A stretch of DNA of 63,762 nucleotides, the filler included, from Saprolegnia diclina VS20 (taxonomy: Eukaryota): assembly GCF_000281045.1 (NCBI RefSeq). It is 10 parts of 8 records of this genome, joined end to end, with 100 filler letters (N's around TTAATTAATTAA, not from the genome) between each part and the next. Parts side by side here need not be neighbours in the genome. Positions count along the whole stretch, not along the records: positions 49,813 to 60,701 come from NW_008246287.1; positions 60,802 to 62,465 come from NW_008246289.1; positions 62,566 to 63,762 come from NW_008246289.1; 7 more parts are not named here. One strand, 5' to 3'. This document shows positions 58,447-63,762 of this stretch, in pieces (the stretch's first letter is position 1; every line of letters starts with the position of its first letter). The notes under the pieces are model-generated. The model ran no database searches, was not told the origin of the DNA, and saw only the letters and a list, made by a program, of their open reading frames with translations. The position numbers and the translations under genes were made by a program.

Positions 58447-58776
58447 TTGCCAAGTTCCTCCTTCGTCTGTAAGGCGGCAGCCAAGCTCGACTCGTACGAA
58501 GGTGCACTAATTCGGCTTTGCCGGTCGCGGGGCTACAGCAAGTGGCCGTACCGGCAGCTGGCCGCGATCGCAAAGAAGATCAAGCGCCTCGAGGCGATTC
58601 TCGCCGAGAAACCGAGCATCTCGATGCCCCTCGTCCAGGCGCTGCTCGAGCAGCACCGAGCCGAGTACCAAGCCGTCAAGTACTGCAAACCGGTCGTCAA
58701 TAACCCCAAGCAGACCGCCCAGCAAGACACATCACGCAAAATGTCGCTAGATTTCATTATGGGCTGTGACGAGTAA
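58447..58776 (+). CDS. RWP-RK-like transcription factor (5' end unclear; possibly frameshifted or pseudogene)
   Basis: KAAAKL...LIRLCRSRGYSKWPYRQLAAIAKKIKRL resembles the RWP-RK consensus AA..L.....LKr.CR..Gi.RWP.RK. No in-frame ATG: stop at 58432. Confidence 0.65.
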   Translation: MPSSSFVCKAAAKLDSYEGALIRLCRSRGYSKWPYRQLAAIAKKIKRLEAILAEKPSISMPLVQALLEQHRAEYQAVKYCKPVVNNPKQTAQQDTSRKMSLDFIMGCDE

Positions 58777-60801
58777 CATGTACAACTTGACAATTACTAT
58801 ATATTTCACTCAGAGAAATGGAGATAATTTTGCTAGGCGCTGCTTAGCGGTGGCTGCTTTCTTTACAATATGGGTGTTTTGCGACGCAAGGAGCCGAAAC
58901 GAACTTTTCAAGAGCGGAGTTGCGAAACCACTCTCATTTTAGAACTCGACTCCCGTTAAGCAACCCGCCACTCCTCCCCCGAGGCTGGGGCGGTAATTCA
59001 GGCAATACGTCCTTTTCGCCCCCTGAGCCATCCCGCGTATCGAAAACCATGCAACAATACGCCATGGAGCTTACTGGCGCACACAAGATCAATTCACGGG
59101 TATACCTTCGTTCGCTCTGTGCCCTGTTGCATTGAGCTATCCTTGCTATATCCGTAAGTCGATCTCGTGTAAAGCGCAGGGTGCTGAGGTAGTGAGCGCG
59201 TTTCAAAGTAGGTCAATACAATGATGATGGCAACGATACCGGCACCGGATTTTACTGCAAACTGGCGAAGCTGTGGTGCACAGTGGGATGGGAGGAAGCG
59301 GGCGATGGGCTAAAAGCTGGTACACTTGCAACTTGGTCCGAGCTGCCCGAGTCGACTGATATGGGGCCAGTCCGTTCATCTCGCGGTTTGTATGCATTTG
59401 TGCTTTTCATGTCGTCAATCTGCCTCATCAAACAAACGACATTGATAGAAAATATATTACAATGCCCCCTCGCTACGAGTTGCGAGGCGGGGTTTCATTC
59501 CCCATGTACTGTGTACTCGCTTCGCTTTCTTTCGCATTTTTACTCGACAAAAGCCATCGAAAAATTATATTTTCCAACGATGCAGCACGCTGCCTCTCCT
59601 CTTCAAGTATGGCCACTATAGCCTGGTCGACACCTCTGATCGGCGACTCTTTAGATTTGTATGGCGGCAAGACTCATGCCTGCTTCGCGAGCTTGTTCCG
59701 CACGCCGCTGTCGACCGAAGCGGTTGACAAATATTCACATGCACCCATGCACCAGGAGTTCAATCTCTTTGCGGGGCCAATGAAACGCAGTGAATTCGAG
59801 TGGGCTCTTAATGGACGCACATGTCAGCTTGCAGAATGACGGCGCAGTGACACGTGCGTGGCATCGCGCTACTTGAGCATAAGCTCCAGCAAAACTACAA
59901 AGCCGCGGCGAAATCGTCGGGGTGACTAGCGAGAGGCTAATCTGGGCCATACCAAATTTTGCTGACACCCAAGCTATAGGTGAAATATGTCTCCCCACCT
60001 CAGTCGCGTACTATAATTAGTGCTTTTTAACGGTTGCTCGGCTGTTCGTTATCACTGAATCATATCCGTGCAGCGGCGGAGAAACATATGTCTGAACATG
60101 TGCTAACAGTGAGGACCATACGTTGAATAACTCCTTCTGGTTTCAAAAAGAGGCCATTGGCTCTTCGCCTCAGTTTGGATACAGGTTGTATTCTTGCTGC
60201 AAGACCCACGCAACCCAACATTGTCCCAGAATACGTGTGTGTTACGTCTTGTTTTTCGAGTGATCATTATTTGGCTTTTCTTCACGACATTCGCGGCACT
60301 AGAAATGTGAACGGGACACAATCGCCCTAACAGCCACCGCTTTCCAAAAATTACTACATTAAATAAATGTGCAGCATTTATCTGTCAGCCTCTTTGTCAC
60401 ATACATGTCACCAGTGTGGCTGTACGAGTGCACGGCGGCAGGCATCGTCTTGCCAAGGTCAAGCTGTGGTTTTGACGTATGGGGACGCAAACCCAATGCG
60501 ATCGTATTGCATAGACAACGGCCTCGTAACTGACAGATAAAATGTTGCACAATTATTCAATTTTTTCGCTAAATGCGGCGTTTGCGCAGCGGGGCGGCTT
60601 CTGCATCGCTACGATGCACTCTGTGGGGCCGGCACTATGATCTACACCATCGCTCGCGATCTGTAGCCTTCTCCAACACTGTGCCTGCCGCCGTCGAAGT
60701 CNNNNNNNNNNNNNNNNNNNNNNNNNNNNNNNNNNNNNNNNNNNNTTAATTAATTAANNNNNNNNNNNNNNNNNNNNNNNNNNNNNNNNNNNNNNNNNNN
60801 N

Positions 60802-62465
60802 ACAGTGGTGGCGCCGTGACGTACCGTGAGGACATGTCCAGCAACACTGTGTGGAGCAACGCGCCCGCGCTGACGCGCACGCACTGCGCTGCGATGGCGG
60901 TGACGACAACGGTGACGGTGGCGCCCATCACGTCGGGTCGCCGTGCGGTCCTGGTCTTCCACCTCGTCTACGCCAGCCCCGGCGACAGTCCCCAGAGCTT
61001 GATCAATCAGAGCATTAATGCGCTACGCGGCCTCGCGGCCAAATTGCGGCACAAGCACAACGTTCTCAACTACGTGCTCGAGCGCGATGGCATTGACGTC
61101 CTCTCGCCCGGTGACGCTCGATTCGCAAAGGCGCTCGTGGCGTCCGGCGCGTACGACGCCGTGCTCGTCGAGTACACACGCCACTGCTGCCACCACGTCT
61201 CTGCGTCCAATTACAAGCTGCTTCCAGATACGGCGCTACCGCTCTCGCTCGCGGAAAGTGTGCTCACCATGAGCCCCGAGGTCCGAAGTGGCCGTGAAAC
61301 TACCGGTCTCGACTATTGCTCGCTGGTCTTTTGGCTCAAGGCGCACCGGCACCGAGTCGTGTCGCTTCTGCCAGCGCTCAAGTATGCGGTGCACGGCCAC
61401 CGTCGTTCTTGCTCGGTCGATGAGCTATCGTCGACCTTGGACGGCCTGCCGTTTGACGACGAAGACGCCCTCCTCGGCCAAGCATCGCCAGCCGCTCTCC
61501 TCGAAGCTCTTTTGCCTCGCTTCGCTGACGAAAAAGAGCAGGGCACCCACTGCTACACTGACTCGGTGGTGGCGTGCTTCAAGGCATTGCTTCGGCTTGG
61601 CCGCATGGACCTTCTCCAGCGCTTCCTCGGCATGTACCTCTGCGTGGACGACGAATATGCTCGCGACACCGCTGTGGGGCGGTGGATTCACCGCTGCCTC
61701 CAGGTGTTTGGCTGGGAACCGCTGGCGTCAGCACTCTACAGTATGCTCCGACGGTGGCGAGCGACAAAGCTCGGGATCTCGTGGGGGCTACCGCCTCGTC
61801 GCGAGCTTGGCAGGTGTCGCCCAGGACCCCGTGTGCCCACCATTTATCCAGCGGTTTGCTGCCGAGTGCATCACTGAAATGTGGGCCATCGTCGCCGAGG
61901 GCATGCCCCTTTTCACCGATTCCGGAGTGACACCATGGGTCAACGGGGTCGTCGTCGACATTTGCCGCCATAGCTTGCAGCTCGAGGTACACGCAGTGAC
62001 CGTGTCCGTGACGGACCGCTGGCTCTACAATCGGCTGCCTGACCTCATCGTCGCCAAGGTCGCAACGTACCTCGGGCCCGCCAACCACATGCAGCGCCTC
62101 ATCGATATGAACGTGATTTGTCTGATCGAGGATCTCGCACCGGGCGTTGTCGCGCTACTGGAACAAGGCTATGATGCTGTCGCGCACCGCTACATCCCGA
62201 GCGTCTGCAAGGGCGTCCGCAGCCCTAGCGACAACGTGACGTACCTTGTCGAAGTCGTCTACAACCTCTTGGTCGTGGCTGCGCTGGAAGGCGGCAGCAT
62301 GTGGCGCGACACGCTCGACTGCTGCGGGCGAGAGCTCGGGCTTGGTATGGCGCCTGCGATGATCCGTTTTGCGGAGCGCTGGCCGCAGCTCGCGACGGCA
62401 CCGATCGTTGATGCTTGCGCCACGCGCCTGTTGAGTCACGCCGCAGAGTTCACCGAGCCGGTCCA
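60802..62465 (+). CDS. Hypothetical protein with degenerate 2OG-Fe(II) oxygenase-like motif, helical body and internal F-box-like motif; frameshift near 61785
   Basis: GGAVTY...VTVAPITSGRRAVLVFHL. ORFs 60816-61877 and 61288-62517 join by removing one G from a GGGGG run. RLPDLIVAKVATYL near 62030. Confidence 0.65.
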
Positions 62466-62565
62466 NNNNNNNNNNNNNNNNNNNNNNNNNNNNNNNNNNN
62501 NNNNNNNNNTTAATTAATTAANNNNNNNNNNNNNNNNNNNNNNNNNNNNNNNNNNNNNNNNNNNN

Positions 62566-63762
62566 GTGCGCCACGTACAACTGCAGAAACAACGAGTACT
62601 GAAAGATAGAGCGCGGGGCCGCGACCGCGCAGCTGTCGTTCATGCAGCCGTCTTCCAAGATGACCGTACCGCCGGGCTGAATGACATACTCGACCTCGGC
62701 CGCAAGTTGGGACCACAGCGACACGATGCACTCGACCGCGAACGGCTGCGAAATGCGCGCGCACATGGGCGACTCGGCGGCGCCGGCCAAGCTGGCGACG
62801 AGGCAATAGCACAAGTGGAGGCCCCGCGCGGTCTGGCTCCAGCGGCGCAACATGGCGTGCAGCGAGACCGAGAGCGTCTCCCAGCCAAAGAAGGCGATGA
62901 GAGCCGAGATGGCCGACGCGACGCCCGGAAACGCATCGGCGTCCTTGGTATACCGAACGACGTCGCGGAGCAGGTGCTGGACTGTATCGCGTTGTCGACG
63001 CGCAATGAGCACATTGCACAACACACCAAGGCTTTTCCGTACGACGCATCGAGGTCGGGCTTGGAGCGGTCAGCAAACCGAAGCAGGAGCGCGTCCAGAA
63101 GGGCCTCGATCGACGGTTGGCCGAGAAGAGTATCAACAACCGAACGGTTGCGAACGGCGTCCCGAAGCGCGTTGACGCCGGTCGCGAGGTCGACGACGAG
63201 GATGCGTGCCGACTTGGGCCAGAAAAAGACCGAGTACTGCGGCCCATTGCAGTGGTCCTTCCGTGGATTCGCCTTCTCCAAGAGGAGGGCCTCGGCCGCA
63301 AGGTACTGCGTGCGGTCGGCCACGACGCGAGGCAGCGCCGCGCCCGGCACCTCCTGGAAGCGCTTGATCGTCGCTGCGAACCCCAGGTCGCCGACGTTGA
63401 AGAGGTCAGCGTATTTCTCATGCTCGGCGAGCACCACGTCGTAGGCGCCCGACTCCAGCAGCGCCCGGACCACGTTCTTGTCGCCATTCGAGAGCTCGTC
63501 ATAGGCCAGTGTCGGGTTGCGCACCGCCAATCGGAGACTCGCAAAGTTGAACGAACGAGGCGTTTTGCGCGCCGCCGCCGCGAGCGTGGCCACCGCGTCC
63601 TCAAAGGTCGTCGACGGCGACGTGTCGACAAGGTTGTAGACCAGAAGCGCGCGCCGGCCGTTCGTGATAGGACGGACTGTGACGGCCGTCGATGCGGCTT
63701 GAACAAGGCAGTGCAGCCGCGTGAGATACGTGTCGTGCTGCCAGACGTGCGTGGCTGCGTCG
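62566..63762 (-). CDS. Paralog of the 60802-62465 protein (truncated at both ends); frameshift near 63025
   Basis: VTVRPITNGRRALLVYNL, LSNGDKNVVRALLESGAYDVVL, SVFFWPK and FGWETLSVSLHAMLRRW...YCLVASLAG align with the preceding gene. Confidence 0.7.

Noticed and set aside
12857..62565. Recurring TTAATTAATTAA palindrome as a biological repeat, CRISPR-like array or recombination site
   Set aside because: It is always embedded in fixed-length N runs and has stops in all six frames, so it is a synthetic scaffolding linker.
60802..63762. Convergent orientation of the two pseudo-oxygenase paralogs as a third inverted duplication
   Set aside because: They are separated by an artificial linker, so relative position and orientation are unsupported.
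1..63762. tRNA, rRNA, snRNA or CRISPR arrays
   Set aside because: No recognisable signatures seen; small ncRNAs cannot be excluded without Infernal or tRNAscan.

Overview
Eukaryotic, GC-rich, gene-dense draft sequence with short (~40-50 bp) GT-AG introns. Gene content points to an oomycete of the Saprolegniales (Saprolegnia/Achlya-like); this is inferred, not confirmed. The window is about 10 contigs joined by an artificial N-TTAATTAATTAA-N linker, plus several ordinary N gaps, so adjacency across linkers is not evidence of synteny. Genes: a spliced ~2,540-aa IQ-motif/ankyrin/Tyr-rich-repeat protein; an intronless L-aspartate oxidase (nadB) facing an inverted second copy; a class I-like PI3-kinase with two PH domains facing a paralog; a small PH protein; a DENND4-like GEF with an inserted PDZ-like domain; an NAD-dependent epimerase; two histidine phosphatases; an ER DnaJ; pirin (3' end); a large modular multi-TM protein; an M14 carboxypeptidase; two LRR proteins; a CBS protein; a group XII-like PLA2; an ankyrin-DUF4246 protein; a FYVE-like/START protein; an RWP-RK-like ORF; and two frameshifted paralogs with degenerate 2OG-Fe(II) oxygenase motifs. 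Mobile DNA: an RTE-like LINE relic, a pogo DDE relic, and a pogo-derived element (24-bp TIRs, TA TSD) nested inside a second TIR element (13-bp TIRs, ATA TSD). No rRNA, tRNA or CRISPR array was recognised. All domain calls come from reading motifs by eye, not from database searches.
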